Counted from the stretch's first letter, positions 28,977 to 38,538 are shown. The stretch: DNA of 64,000 nucleotides from an uncultured Acidobacteriota bacterium (GCA_963741955.1 CAVUKB010000007.1:96001-160000), one strand, 5' to 3'. Notes: a model not told the origin generated them from the sequence alone. Program-made: numbers and translations.

Positions 28977-30544
28977 CCCTGACCGGGCGCTCGTTGGTCG
29001 GCTCCTCGCCTGGAACGGCTGAGGGGTCCCTCTTTCACGCCGTGAACCCCGCGACGGGAGAGGAGATCGATCCGCCGTTCACCACTGCGACCATGGAAGA
29101 CGTCGAGCGGGCCGCGCAGCTCGCGGATGATGCATTCGGCGTCTACGCTTTCGTGGGCGGACGGGAGAAGGGAGAATTCCTCCGCCGGATCGCGGAGAAG
29201 CTCGAAGCGTCGGGAGAGGCGCTGGTCCAGCGTGCGCATCTCGAGACCGCACTTCCGGGGCCACGTCTCCAGTCGGAGCTCGGAAGGACGACCGGGCAGC
29301 TGCGTCTGTTCGCGGCGCTGGTGGAGGAGGGATCGTGGCCGCGCCCCCGCATCGACCGCGGTGACGCTGCGCGAAAGCCCGTCCCGAAGCCGGACGTCCG
29401 CTCCATGCGGCGGCCGCTCGGACCGGTGGCCGTCTTCGGCGCGAGCAACTTCCCGCTCGCTTTCTCCGTACCCGGCGGGGATACCGTCTCGGCGCTCGCC
29501 TCCGGCTGTCCGGTGATCGTCAAGGCGCATCCGTCGCATCCGGGCACTGCGGAGCTCGCCGCCGCCGCGATCGCGGAAGCAGTACGGGAGTCGTCGCTCC
29601 CTGAAGGCGTCTTTTCGCTCCTCTTCGATTCAGGGCACGAGATCGGTGCGGCGCTGGTGCAGCATCCTCTCGTGCGCGCGGTCGCCTTCACCGGATCCCG
29701 GCGCGGCGGTCTGGCCCTGATGGAGCTCGCCGGCCGGCGGCGAGAACCGATCCCGCTGTTCGCGGAGATGGGGAGCATCAATCCGGTGTTCATCCTTCCG
29801 GGCGCGCTCCGCTCGCGCGGCGCCGAGATCGCAGCCGGACTCGATGCGTCGGTGACTATGGGGGTGGGACAGTTCTGCACGAATCCGGGACTCCTGCTGG
29901 TCCAGCGCGGAGATCCCGCGTCCGGGATGCTGGAACGGCTCACGACTCTCCTGGAGGCGAGAGCGCCGGAAACGATGCTGAATGCGACGATCTGCGAGGC
30001 CTATCACAGCGGAGTGGCCCGCTTTTCAAAGACCGAAGGCGTGAAGACGGACGTCTCCGTCGCCGGTGCGAGGGAGACCAGCGCCGGCGCGGCGCTCTTC
30101 ACCACGGATGCACGGACCTTTCTGTCGAACGAGCACCTGATGGACGAGGTCTTCGGACCGGCGTCCCTGGTGGTCGAGTGGAGCTCGCGCGACGATCTGT
30201 TCGAGCTCGTGCGATCGCTCGAAGGACAGCTGACCGTCACGCTGCATGCGACGGAGGACGACCTCGAAGAGTATGCGGATCTGGTGAGACTCCTCGAGAC
30301 GAAGGGAGGGCGGATACTCTTCAACGGTTATCCGACCGGAGTCGAGGTCTGCCACGCCATGGTGCACGGCGGCCCGTTCCCCGCCACATCGGACGGGCGC
30401 TCGACATCGGTGGGAACGCTCGCCATCGAGCGCTTCACACGTCTGGTGGCGTATCAGAACGCACCCGACAGCGTTCTTCCGCTCGAGCTGAAAGACGCGA
30501 ACCCTCTCGGAATCCGTCGCATGATCGACGGAAAGGTCGTCTGA
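28973..30544 (+). CDS. NADP-dependent alpha-ketoglutaric semialdehyde dehydrogenase
   Basis: FGASNFPLAFS, FTGS, AEMGSINP, GQFCTNPG, EVFGP, HGGPFPATSD. Confidence 0.9.
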   Translation: MTLTGRSLVGSSPGTAEGSLFHAVNPATGEEIDPPFTTATMEDVERAAQLADDAFGVYAFVGGREKGEFLRRIAEKLEASGEALVQRAHLETALPGPRLQSELGRTTGQLRLFAALVEEGSWPRPRIDRGDAARKPVPKPDVRSMRRPLGPVAVFGASNFPLAFSVPGGDTVSALASGCPVIVKAHPSHPGTAELAAAAIAEAVRESSLPEGVFSLLFDSGHEIGAALVQHPLVRAVAFTGSRRGGLALMELAGRRREPIPLFAEMGSINPVFILPGALRSRGAEIAAGLDASVTMGVGQFCTNPGLLLVQRGDPASGMLERLTTLLEARAPETMLNATICEAYHSGVARFSKTEGVKTDVSVAGARETSAGAALFTTDARTFLSNEHLMDEVFGPASLVVEWSSRDDLFELVRSLEGQLTVTLHATEDDLEEYADLVRLLETKGGRILFNGYPTGVEVCHAMVHGGPFPATSDGRSTSVGTLAIERFTRLVAYQNAPDSVLPLELKDANPLGIRRMIDGKVV

Positions 30545-30643
30545 GGCGCGAAGCAGGTCGTTCGTCGTCGGTCGTCGCCGGGACAGGCTCGCCTCGCGGG
30601 ACGATGAGCCTGCGGGGGATCGGATCTCCTGCCGCGCAGACTC

Positions 30644-31180
30644 CTACAGCGCCTTGATCATGTAGGTCATGTCGTGGGCCTGCCCATCGGAGTCGGTGCC
30701 GTAACCCGGGATGACCCGTCCTTCGAACCCCAACGTGGTCAGAGTTTCCACGGCGTCCTTCTCCAGATCCGAGATCAGCATGCAGACCAGGTGTCGCAGC
30801 CCGTTCTCCCGCCCGATGCCGATGAACTGATTGACCAGCAGCGTTCCGAGTCCCAGGCCGCGGTATGCAGGGTCGATCAGCCACTTCACCCGTCCGGCGC
30901 GGCGCAAAGGTCCTCCCTGCCGCCGGTGGAGCGTCGCGTCGGCGACGATCCTCTTCCCGTCGAGCGCGAGCAGGGGAAAGACTTTGGAGTACTCGACGTT
31001 TCTTCCCCACTCCTCCACCAGGCCGCGGTCCTCGATCGGATCCCAGGCGAATCCCTGAGTGCGAGGAGGAAGGGACTGGAAGAACTCGTAGAGCGCGTCG
31101 GTATCGTGCTCGTCGAACGGACGGATCAGAAGACGGCGGCCATCGCGAAGTGCGGCCTCCATCGGATATCGATGCGGCAT
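30644..31180 (-). CDS. GNAT family N-acetyltransferase
   Basis: LRDGR..LIRP, IDPAYRGLGLGTLL acetyl-CoA motif, LGF. Confidence 0.85.
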   Translation of the reverse strand: MPHRYPMEAALRDGRRLLIRPFDEHDTDALYEFFQSLPPRTQGFAWDPIEDRGLVEEWGRNVEYSKVFPLLALDGKRIVADATLHRRQGGPLRRAGRVKWLIDPAYRGLGLGTLLVNQFIGIGRENGLRHLVCMLISDLEKDAVETLTTLGFEGRVIPGYGTDSDGQAHDMTYMIKAL

Positions 31181-31288
31181 GAAGTCCTCCTGACGATCTT
31201 GGACGAGCAGGCTCGTCGCGCCGAGGATATCATCGGGGGCCCGGCGGATGAACAGCTCCGGAGGACTCCACCGGGCATCTCGGGAGAC

Positions 31289-31317
31289 AAAAAAACGGCG
31301 CCGTTCGCACGGCGCCG
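31289..31317 (-). terminator. Intrinsic terminator downstream of the DUF2188-like gene
   Basis: 9-bp stem cggcgccgt/acggcgccg with an A7 tract (U7 on minus strand). Confidence 0.75.
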
Positions 31318-31347
31318 GTCGTTGAGATGTTTCGGTCGTGAACGGGG

Positions 31348-31572
31348 TCAGCCGAGGAAGCGTGGGGCTGAGAGCTCGTCCGAGTACGAGACCCAGTCGC
31401 GTACTTTTCCGTGCTCGTCGTAGAACGTCAGCTCACCCCTGTGGCGTCGTGCCATCGCCGTGGCCGCGGCATTCGCCTCGGCCTGGGTTCGGTACAACGA
31501 AAGCGGCCGCTCGTCGTTGCCCCGGAGGATGACCCACTTACCCCGATCCATCAACACGTGGAACTTTTCCAT
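31348..31572 (-). CDS. DUF2188-like small protein
   Basis: HV....W.......R......TQAEA...A..MA......L......G......SY; AAGGAGG RBS. Confidence 0.75.
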   Translation of the reverse strand: MEKFHVLMDRGKWVILRGNDERPLSLYRTQAEANAAATAMARRHRGELTFYDEHGKVRDWVSYSDELSAPRFLG

Positions 31573-31784
31573 GGTGCGTCCTCCTTTCGCGGTGACACAC
31601 CGGCCGGAACTGACCGGCGTGACGTCGATTGTCGAGAGAGTCAGATGCTACCGTCGCTCGGGGCTCATGGCAACCGTTTCATGTAACAAAACTGTACCGG
31701 AGCCTCTTCCGTTCAGAAGATGGGACGTTTCATCGAGTGCAAACGTTCTGCCCATCGGATTACAAGTGAAGGTCCGGACAATTG

Positions 31785-32052
31785 CGGTTTCGTAAGGGAT
31801 CCGCCCGGCTGCAATCGCGTCCCGATCGCGGCTGAGCTTCCCGTTCTCGGGAGCGCCAAAGACGGCATTTCCAGGGTGGCCGAGTGAGGGAGACGTCGTG
31901 TTTGGGCGCCGGCTGAAGGCGCCGTCGGAGTGAAACCGGACGGAACGGCCACTTCTGCCTCGCGGGGCCGGTAGAAGAACCCGCTTACCGGAACTAAATT
32001 ACGGATGGGGCCGTGCAGATGAACCCGTGCGGCGTCGAAGCGTACGAATCCG
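31785..32052 (+). ncRNA. Candidate structured RNA or leader (unassigned)
   Basis: About seven consecutive hairpins, a possible pseudoknot and a closing helix; no Rfam consensus recognised. Confidence 0.3.
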
Positions 32053-32067
32053 TTCAGGAGGCGAGTG

Positions 32068-32688
32068 ATGAGACGATTGGTCCTGGTCGCTGCCGCTTTC
32101 ATGCTCCTCGGGGGCGTCGCAGCGGTCGCCCAGACGGAACCCGAGCCCTCTCCCGATCCTGGTGTCCCTGCGAAGCTGGCAGAGGCGTATCAGAACGAGC
32201 TCGATGCGAACGCGCGATATCTCGCGTTTGCGGCGAAGGCCGATGAAGAGGGTTACACCACCCTCGCCAGCTTCTTCCGCGCGGCGGGAGCGGCGGAGAA
32301 GGTTCACGCCTCGATCTTCGCCAAGATGATCAGGGAGCGCGGCGGGAAGGCCGAAGCCACGGCAGCAGCTCCGGAGGTCGGAGCGACTGCCGAGAACCTG
32401 GCGGCGGCAATCCAGGCGGAGGTGGCCGAGCGCGACGCGATCTACCGCCGGCTCTCGGCCGCCTTACGGAGCGCGGCGGACGAAAAGGCTGCGGATCTGG
32501 TGGAGAAGATTCGAGGGGCGGAGGTCGAGCACGCGAACACTCTTCTCGATGCGAGCCGGCGGCTCGAGGAGCTCAGAAGCGGGCCCAGGACGTGGTACGT
32601 CTGTTCGGGTTGCGGATTCACGACCGATCTGAAACTCCCGAAGTGCCTCAATTGCCCGGCGCGGGGGAAGTGGATCACGGTGAAGTGA
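32068..32688 (+). CDS. Rubrerythrin-family protein with N-terminal signal peptide
   Basis: E..A..RY..FA..A..EG, EKVH, E..E....Y, EVEH di-iron motifs; CSGC...CLNC rubredoxin-like tail; AGGAGG RBS. Confidence 0.85.
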   Translation: MRRLVLVAAAFMLLGGVAAVAQTEPEPSPDPGVPAKLAEAYQNELDANARYLAFAAKADEEGYTTLASFFRAAGAAEKVHASIFAKMIRERGGKAEATAAAPEVGATAENLAAAIQAEVAERDAIYRRLSAALRSAADEKAADLVEKIRGAEVEHANTLLDASRRLEELRSGPRTWYVCSGCGFTTDLKLPKCLNCPARGKWITVK

Positions 32689-32855
32689 CCAGGAGTCTGC
32701 GCGGTAGAAACTCTCCTACTGCGAAAGCGGATCAACGGTCCAACTCCGCCCGGATTTTCGGCGAGTAGCCACCGCTACGCACCTCAAATCCGAACGAATT
32801 TGGCCTCGTTGCTCCGCTTTCTCGCTACGGACGTTTCTATCGCGCAGACTCCTGG
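32689..32855. mobile_element. Family B MITE-like element, fullest copy
   Basis: TIRs ccaggagtctgcgcggtagaaac / gtttctatcgcgcagactcctgg. Confidence 0.75.
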
Positions 32856-33031
32856 CCCGCATTTCTCACACCATCTCTGCTGCGGAGCCGGAGAGCGGCC
32901 TGTCTGCTGCGTTGCGCCCGCTTCGGCTCCTCAACAGAGTCACTACCATGCCTTCGTCGCCGAAGCGGGGCGCGCCCTGCATCCAGGCCACTCTCCGCCT
33001 CCTCGCGACGAGATGGTGTGAGAAATGCGGG
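32856..33031. mobile_element. Family A MITE-like element, uninterrupted copy
   Basis: TIRs cccgcatttctcacaccatctc / gagatggtgtgagaaatgcggg. Confidence 0.8.
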
Positions 33032-33098
33032 CTCGACGAGAGCCGAACAGCAGCAGCTCGACTGCACGAGACGACTGCGCGGCTGCGGAGCCCGAACG

Positions 33099-34322
33099 TC
33101 AGAGCGTCCTCAAAGCCTCCAGCAGCCGGTCGACTTCCTCCCGGGTGTTGTACATCGAGAATCCGGTCCGAACGAGACCGCCATGGCTGTTGATCCCGAG
33201 GATCTCGACCGGACGCCGGGCGTAGAAGTCGCCGCTCCAGACTGCGATCCCTTTCGACGCCAGCTTTTCCGCGACGTCGTCGGACGGCATTCCATCCACC
33301 GTGATCGAGACTGTCGGAGCCCGCCGAGTCGATGTGAAGTCCTGACCCCAGACCTTCACTCCGGCGATGCTGCGGACATTCTCGTGGTAGTACGCCGCGA
33401 GCTCGTGCTCCCATCCGCCGATCTGCTCGAGTGCGCTCACGACCCGACTCCGAAGCTCTTTCCCCTCTCCCCACGCCGCGATGTACTCGACGGCAGCCTT
33501 CACTCCGCCGATCGCGGCATGGTTCAGCGTTCCGGTCTCGATGCGTTCCGGCGCGTGCGGTTCCTGGGTGATCAGGCGGTCGGTAGGGATCTCGTCGAGA
33601 AGCCCGGGACGGCTGTAGAGGATGCCCACATGTGGACCGTAGAATTTGTATGCCGAACAGAGGAGAAAGTCGGGATCGAGCTCCGTCACGTCGATCGGGA
33701 AGTGCGGTGCGTAGTGGACCGCATCGACCAGGAGCCATGCTCCGGCCTCGCGTGAGAGCCGTCGTGCGAGCGCGACGTCGTTGACGGTGCCGAGCGCGTT
33801 CGAAGCCCAACCGAGCGCGACGAGCTTCGCATTCTTCGTGATCTGGCGCGCCATCTCTTCCGGATCGAGTGTGCCATCCGGACGGAGCGCGATCTCGCGG
33901 ATCACTGCGCCGCTCTCGATGAGGAGCCGCCAGGGACCGCGGTTCGCTTCGTGATCGAGTGCGGAGATCACCACTTCGTCGCCTTCGCCGATCAGGCGCG
34001 AGAGCGCGTGGGCGAGAGAGAAGGAGAGCGTGGTCATGTTCTGACCGAACGAGATGCTCCTCCGCTCTTTGGCACCGAGGAATGTCGCGACCGTGTCGCG
34101 GGCGGAGGAGATCAGTGCGTCGCTCTCGCGGCTGGTGAGAAACGCTCCGTGCGTATTCGCGTTCCGGTTCCGGTACACGTCACTGATCGCGTCGATCACC
34201 TGATTCGGGACCTGCGTTCCCGCGGGCCCGTCGAGATACGCCAGTGGCCGTCCGTTCACCTCACGAGCGAGAGAAGGAAAGTCGTTGCGTGCGCGCCGCG
34301 CCTCGTTTTCACCGTAAGCCAT
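33099..34322 (-). CDS. Cysteine desulfurase-like class V aminotransferase
   Basis: YLDGPAGTQVP, LDHEAN, DAVHYAPH, CSAYKF (PLP Lys), ETGT; SGDFYA where SufS has its catalytic Cys. Confidence 0.88.
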   Translation of the reverse strand: MAYGENEARRARNDFPSLAREVNGRPLAYLDGPAGTQVPNQVIDAISDVYRNRNANTHGAFLTSRESDALISSARDTVATFLGAKERRSISFGQNMTTLSFSLAHALSRLIGEGDEVVISALDHEANRGPWRLLIESGAVIREIALRPDGTLDPEEMARQITKNAKLVALGWASNALGTVNDVALARRLSREAGAWLLVDAVHYAPHFPIDVTELDPDFLLCSAYKFYGPHVGILYSRPGLLDEIPTDRLITQEPHAPERIETGTLNHAAIGGVKAAVEYIAAWGEGKELRSRVVSALEQIGGWEHELAAYYHENVRSIAGVKVWGQDFTSTRRAPTVSITVDGMPSDDVAEKLASKGIAVWSGDFYARRPVEILGINSHGGLVRTGFSMYNTREEVDRLLEALRTL

Positions 34323-34337
34323 GCGTCACCTCGATCG

Positions 34338-35597
34338 TCATTGTGCGAGCCCGGCCATCTGTACGCCGAGCACGAGGACCTTCTGTATTCCGTGATAGAG
34401 CGGCTCGATCGCGCAGTTCTCGTCGAGCGAGTGCGATCCGCGGCACGGCCCGACGCCGGTCGAGATTGCAGAGATTCCGTGACGCAGAGCGACTCCGGCG
34501 TGGTTCGACCCGTTCGCGCTCATGTGCGGCTGATGGTATCCGAGCGCTTCGAACACCGCCTCTGCGGTTCGCACCAGAGGCGAGAAGCGCTGTCCGGGGA
34601 CCATCGCCACCTTCCGCCGGCTCACCTGGTCGATGCGGAACTGGAGGCCGGAACGCCGGGATTCATCCGAGACGACCCGCCGGATCTCGCCGTCGATCCG
34701 TGCGAGATCGGCATCGTGCATCACGCGGATGTCGACCGAGCACCACGCGTCGGCAGCCTTCGCGTTCGGGACGGAAGAGCCGGAGAGCATTCCCACGTTG
34801 AGGCGCGCCGTCTGCGGAAGCCGGATCCTGTCGAATCGCTCGATGGAGCGCGCGAGAGGAATGGTTGCGGAGAGAGGCGGTACGTGGGCGAGGGTGTGAC
34901 CGCCCGGTCCCAGAAAATGGATCCGGAGCTCTTCACTGCCGATCCCCGCCCAGGTGAAGCTGTTGTCGCCTCCGTCGAGGGCGATGAGGAAGTCGGGCCG
35001 GATCGACCCTTGCTCGAGGAAATGAGTCATCCCGCCGAAGTTCGACTCTTCCTGCACCGTGAACGTGAAGACGATATTGCCGCGGGTCTCGACCCCAGCG
35101 GCATCGAGGGCGCGGGCGATGGCGAGAAGCGCTTCGACGTTCCGCGTGTCGTCGCCGACTCCGGGGGCGTAGAGACGTCCGTCGCGTATCTCGGTATGGA
35201 TCTCGAGTCCCGGCTCGAACACCGTATCGAGATGCGCGTCGATGACCACGGTCGGACCGTCACCGATGCCTTTGCGAACCGCGATGATGTTTCCAGCGTC
35301 GTCGCGCGAGACCTCGAGGGAACGGATCTCGCGAAGACGCTGCTCGATTGCAGCGGCGCGCATCGCTTCGTGCCCGGAAGGAGCGTTGATCTCGGTCAGA
35401 GTGCGCCACTCCGCGAGGATGTCGTCATGATGCGCGTCGATCCATCCGAGAGCCTTCGTGACCGAAGGCTGTGCGACCGTCGCTTCGACCTCTGCGATGG
35501 TGCGGGGATCGGGCGGCGGCACGGCGAGGCGGGCACTGCGCGTCGTGGTGCAGGCCGAAGTGATCAGGAGAAGTGTGACGAGAGCGAGACGTTTCAT
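34338..35597 (-). CDS. M20/M25/M40 family metallo-hydrolase, lipoprotein
   Basis: Lipobox TSAC; APSGHE, AHLDTVF, GVGDD, QEE, HSLDE. Confidence 0.88.
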   Translation of the reverse strand: MKRLALVTLLLITSACTTTRSARLAVPPPDPRTIAEVEATVAQPSVTKALGWIDAHHDDILAEWRTLTEINAPSGHEAMRAAAIEQRLREIRSLEVSRDDAGNIIAVRKGIGDGPTVVIDAHLDTVFEPGLEIHTEIRDGRLYAPGVGDDTRNVEALLAIARALDAAGVETRGNIVFTFTVQEESNFGGMTHFLEQGSIRPDFLIALDGGDNSFTWAGIGSEELRIHFLGPGGHTLAHVPPLSATIPLARSIERFDRIRLPQTARLNVGMLSGSSVPNAKAADAWCSVDIRVMHDADLARIDGEIRRVVSDESRRSGLQFRIDQVSRRKVAMVPGQRFSPLVRTAEAVFEALGYHQPHMSANGSNHAGVALRHGISAISTGVGPCRGSHSLDENCAIEPLYHGIQKVLVLGVQMAGLAQ

Positions 35598-35702
35598 CGG
35601 TAATCCGGACCAGCAGTGCTCGGTGGATACTGACACAATCCGAAGCAATCCGCGGAGACGGGACTGCAACGAATCGGTTCAGCGTGGACTCGCCGGTACG
35701 CG

Positions 35703-36866
35703 CTATTTGCCGTCGTATGTGATCCGGTAGATCGCGCCCGCGTGATCGTCGGAGACGAGGAGCGCACCATCCGGCATGACCTGAACGTCGACCGGACGCC
35801 CCCATGCCGAGCTTCCTTTCAGCCATCCCGTGGCGAAAGGTCGATATGAAACGGCCTTCGTTCCGTCGAGCCGCACCAGCGAGACGCGGTAGCCGATCTT
35901 CCTGCTCCGATTCCACGAGCCGTGCTCCGCGATGAAGATCTGGTTCCTGTATTCGGGAGGGAACATCGTGCCGGTGTAGAAGCGCATCCCGAGAGCGGCG
36001 ACATGCGGCCCGAGCTTCCGGGCCGGAGCGACGTACTTCGAGCAGTCGTGTCCTGCTCCGAACTTCGGATCGCTGATGTCACCGGCGTGACAGTACGGGA
36101 AGCCGAAGTGCAGATCCTTCTCCGGAGCGCGATTCAGCTCGTCCGGCGGCCGGTCGTCACCGAGCCAGTCACGGCCGTTGTCGGTGAACCAGAGGACGTG
36201 CGTCGCGGGGTTCCAGTCGAAACCGACGCTGTTGCGTACTCCGCGCGCGAAGATCTCGAATCCGCTGCCGTCGGGCTTCATCCGGGTGATGGTGCCGAAA
36301 AGAGGATCGTCCGGCTCGCAGACGTTGCACGGCATCCCGATCGGAACGTAGAGAAGCCCGTCCGGCCCGAACGCGATGAACTTCCAGCCGTGCGCGCTCC
36401 GGTTCGGAAGGCGCGAGGTGACCACGACCGGCTTCGGTGGATCGTCGAGGTGCTTCTCGATCTCATCGAGCCGGAGAATGCGCGAGACCTCCACAATGTA
36501 GAGGGATCCGTCGCGGAACGCGACGCCATTCGGCATGTGCAGTCCCGAGGCGATGGTGACGACCCGATCCCCTTTCCCGTCGCGGTTCCGGTCCGGGATG
36601 GCGTAGACCTTACCGATGCCGCGCGTTCCGACGAAGAGTGTTCCCGAAGGGGCGACGGTCATCGAGCGTGCGCCCGGAACATTCGACGCGTACAGCGAGA
36701 TGTGAAACCCGGGGGGGAGCTGGATCCGGTCGAGAGGAGGATCGCTCGAGGCAGGACTGGCGCCGCTGCGCGCGCCGCAGCTGGCCACGAGGACGAGAGC
36801 GGAGAGGACCAGCAGTGCGCTCGAGAGCCGTCTGATCCGAGAAATGCCGTGAATCCCGCGTCGCAT
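35703..36866 (-). CDS. Sorbosone/glucose dehydrogenase-family beta-propeller (PQQ-dependent sugar dehydrogenase-like)
   Basis: PNGVAF, GPDG.LY, PCNVC, GVRNSVGFDW, TDNGRD, AEHGSWNR, GRPVDV; AGGAGG RBS. Confidence 0.88.
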   Translation of the reverse strand: MRRGIHGISRIRRLSSALLVLSALVLVASCGARSGASPASSDPPLDRIQLPPGFHISLYASNVPGARSMTVAPSGTLFVGTRGIGKVYAIPDRNRDGKGDRVVTIASGLHMPNGVAFRDGSLYIVEVSRILRLDEIEKHLDDPPKPVVVTSRLPNRSAHGWKFIAFGPDGLLYVPIGMPCNVCEPDDPLFGTITRMKPDGSGFEIFARGVRNSVGFDWNPATHVLWFTDNGRDWLGDDRPPDELNRAPEKDLHFGFPYCHAGDISDPKFGAGHDCSKYVAPARKLGPHVAALGMRFYTGTMFPPEYRNQIFIAEHGSWNRSRKIGYRVSLVRLDGTKAVSYRPFATGWLKGSSAWGRPVDVQVMPDGALLVSDDHAGAIYRITYDGK

Positions 36867-37011
36867 GTAAACCTCCTGATCTGCCTCCGGCGCGACGTAG
36901 CGTGCAAACCACCCGCCGCGCGCCGGAATCATGATCGTGGTCGAGAAACCGGAGAATCCGGCAGCCGAGTCGTCGTGATGACAGGTCCCGAAGCGACCGC
37001 GCAGTCATTGG

Positions 37012-38538
37012 CTAACGGCGTGACCCTCCGAGAATCCCTCCGAGCACTCCGCGCATGATCTGCCGTCCGAGCTGGCTCCCCACGCTCCGCGCCGCCTGCT
37101 TCGCCAGCGTCTCGACCATTCCCTGCCGCCGGCCCGTTCCCCACAGCAGCTTCCCGAACAGACTCGGCTCTCCTCCCGCGGGGGGTTCCGCAGGTCCCTG
37201 CTGCCGCGGCAAGGATCGAGGCTCCTCCGGCCGGGGAGAGGAGGGTGACGCGGGGGCACTTTTCTCTTCCGTACGCCGCGTCAGGATCTCGTACGCCGAC
37301 TCCCGGTTCACCGAGACGTCGTAGCGAGGACCGATCGGGCTGCGCGCGCGCACCGCCTCACGTTCCTCGGGAGTGATCGATCCCATCCGGCAGCGCGGCG
37401 GGGAGACCAGGGTCCGCTGCACCGGCATCGGGATTCCCTTCTCCTGCAGGGTGGAAACGAGCGCTTCGCCGACGCCGAGCTGAGAGATCACCTCAGCGAC
37501 ATTGAGCTTCGGATTGCTCACGAACGTCTCCGCCGCGGTTCGCACCGCCTTCTGATCTCTCGGTGTGTAAGCACGTAGAGCGTGCTGGAAGCGGTTGCCG
37601 AGCTGACCGAGGATGTCATTGGGGACGTCGTCGGGGAACTGGGAGCAGAAATAGACTCCCACTCCCTTCGAGCGGATGATTCGCACGACCTGTTCGACCT
37701 GTTGCAGCAGGGCCGGCGGTGCATCATCGAACAACAGATGCGCTTCGTCGAAGAAGAACACCAGCCGCGGCTTGTCGAGGTCACCCACCTCGGGGAGGGT
37801 CTCGAACAGCTCCGAAAGAAGCCACAGAAGAAAGCTCGAGTAGAGGCGCGGCTTCAGGATCAGCTTGTCCGCGGCGAGGATGTTCACGATCCCGCGTCCG
37901 GTGAGGTCGGTCCGGAGAAGGTCTTTCAGGTCGAGAGCCGGTTCGCCGAAGAGACCTTCGCCCCCTTCGCGCTCGAGTGCGAGGAGAGCGCGCTGGATCG
38001 CCGCGACGGATTGCGTGCTGACCAGGCCGTACTGAGTCGAGATCTCTTTCCGATGATCCGCGACGAAAGAAAGGAGAGCGCGGAGGTCGTCGAGATCGAG
38101 GAGCAGCAGTCCCTGGTCGTCGGCGAGCTTGAACGCGATCTCGAGCACTCCGGCCTGAGTGTCGTTGACCTCCAGCATCCGGCCGAGAAGGCGCGGTCCG
38201 ATCTCGCTGACGGTCGTGCGGACCGGATGTCCGGCCTTTCCGAGGACGTCCCAGAAGACCACCGGGCTCGCTTCGTTGACGTAGCCGTCGATGCCGATGT
38301 CGGCCACGCGCTTCTGAATCTTGTCGTTGCTCGTCCCGGCCATCGCGAGTCCCGAGACGTCGCCCTTCACGTCCGCCATGAAGACCGGAACGCCCATCCG
38401 CGAGAACCCTTCGGCCAGAACCATCAGGGTGACGGTCTTTCCGGTGCCGGTGGCGCCGGCGACCAGTCCGTGACGGTTCCCGTATTTCCCGAGAAGATGA
38501 ACCGGCCCTTCACCTTTGCCGATCAGAATCTCATCCAC
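37012..38538 (-). CDS. DUF853/YjgR HerA-like ATPase
   Basis: NRHGLVAGATGTGKT, DVKGD, FFDEAHLLF, IRSKGVG, QHALRAYTP. Confidence 0.92.
   Translation of the reverse strand: MDEILIGKGEGPVHLLGKYGNRHGLVAGATGTGKTVTLMVLAEGFSRMGVPVFMADVKGDVSGLAMAGTSNDKIQKRVADIGIDGYVNEASPVVFWDVLGKAGHPVRTTVSEIGPRLLGRMLEVNDTQAGVLEIAFKLADDQGLLLLDLDDLRALLSFVADHRKEISTQYGLVSTQSVAAIQRALLALEREGGEGLFGEPALDLKDLLRTDLTGRGIVNILAADKLILKPRLYSSFLLWLLSELFETLPEVGDLDKPRLVFFFDEAHLLFDDAPPALLQQVEQVVRIIRSKGVGVYFCSQFPDDVPNDILGQLGNRFQHALRAYTPRDQKAVRTAAETFVSNPKLNVAEVISQLGVGEALVSTLQEKGIPMPVQRTLVSPPRCRMGSITPEEREAVRARSPIGPRYDVSVNRESAYEILTRRTEEKSAPASPSSPRPEEPRSLPRQQGPAEPPAGGEPSLFGKLLWGTGRRQGMVETLAKQAARSVGSQLGRQIMRGVLGGILGGSRR

Noticed and set aside
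31960-32000. RNase P RNA (agaacccgcttac resembles its 3' end)
   Set aside because: No upstream GAGGAAAGUCC P4 strand
33099-34322. SufS/selenocysteine lyase serving the selenoprotein
   Set aside because: Lacks the catalytic Cys loop (SGDFYA) and is ~17 kb away with no linking evidence
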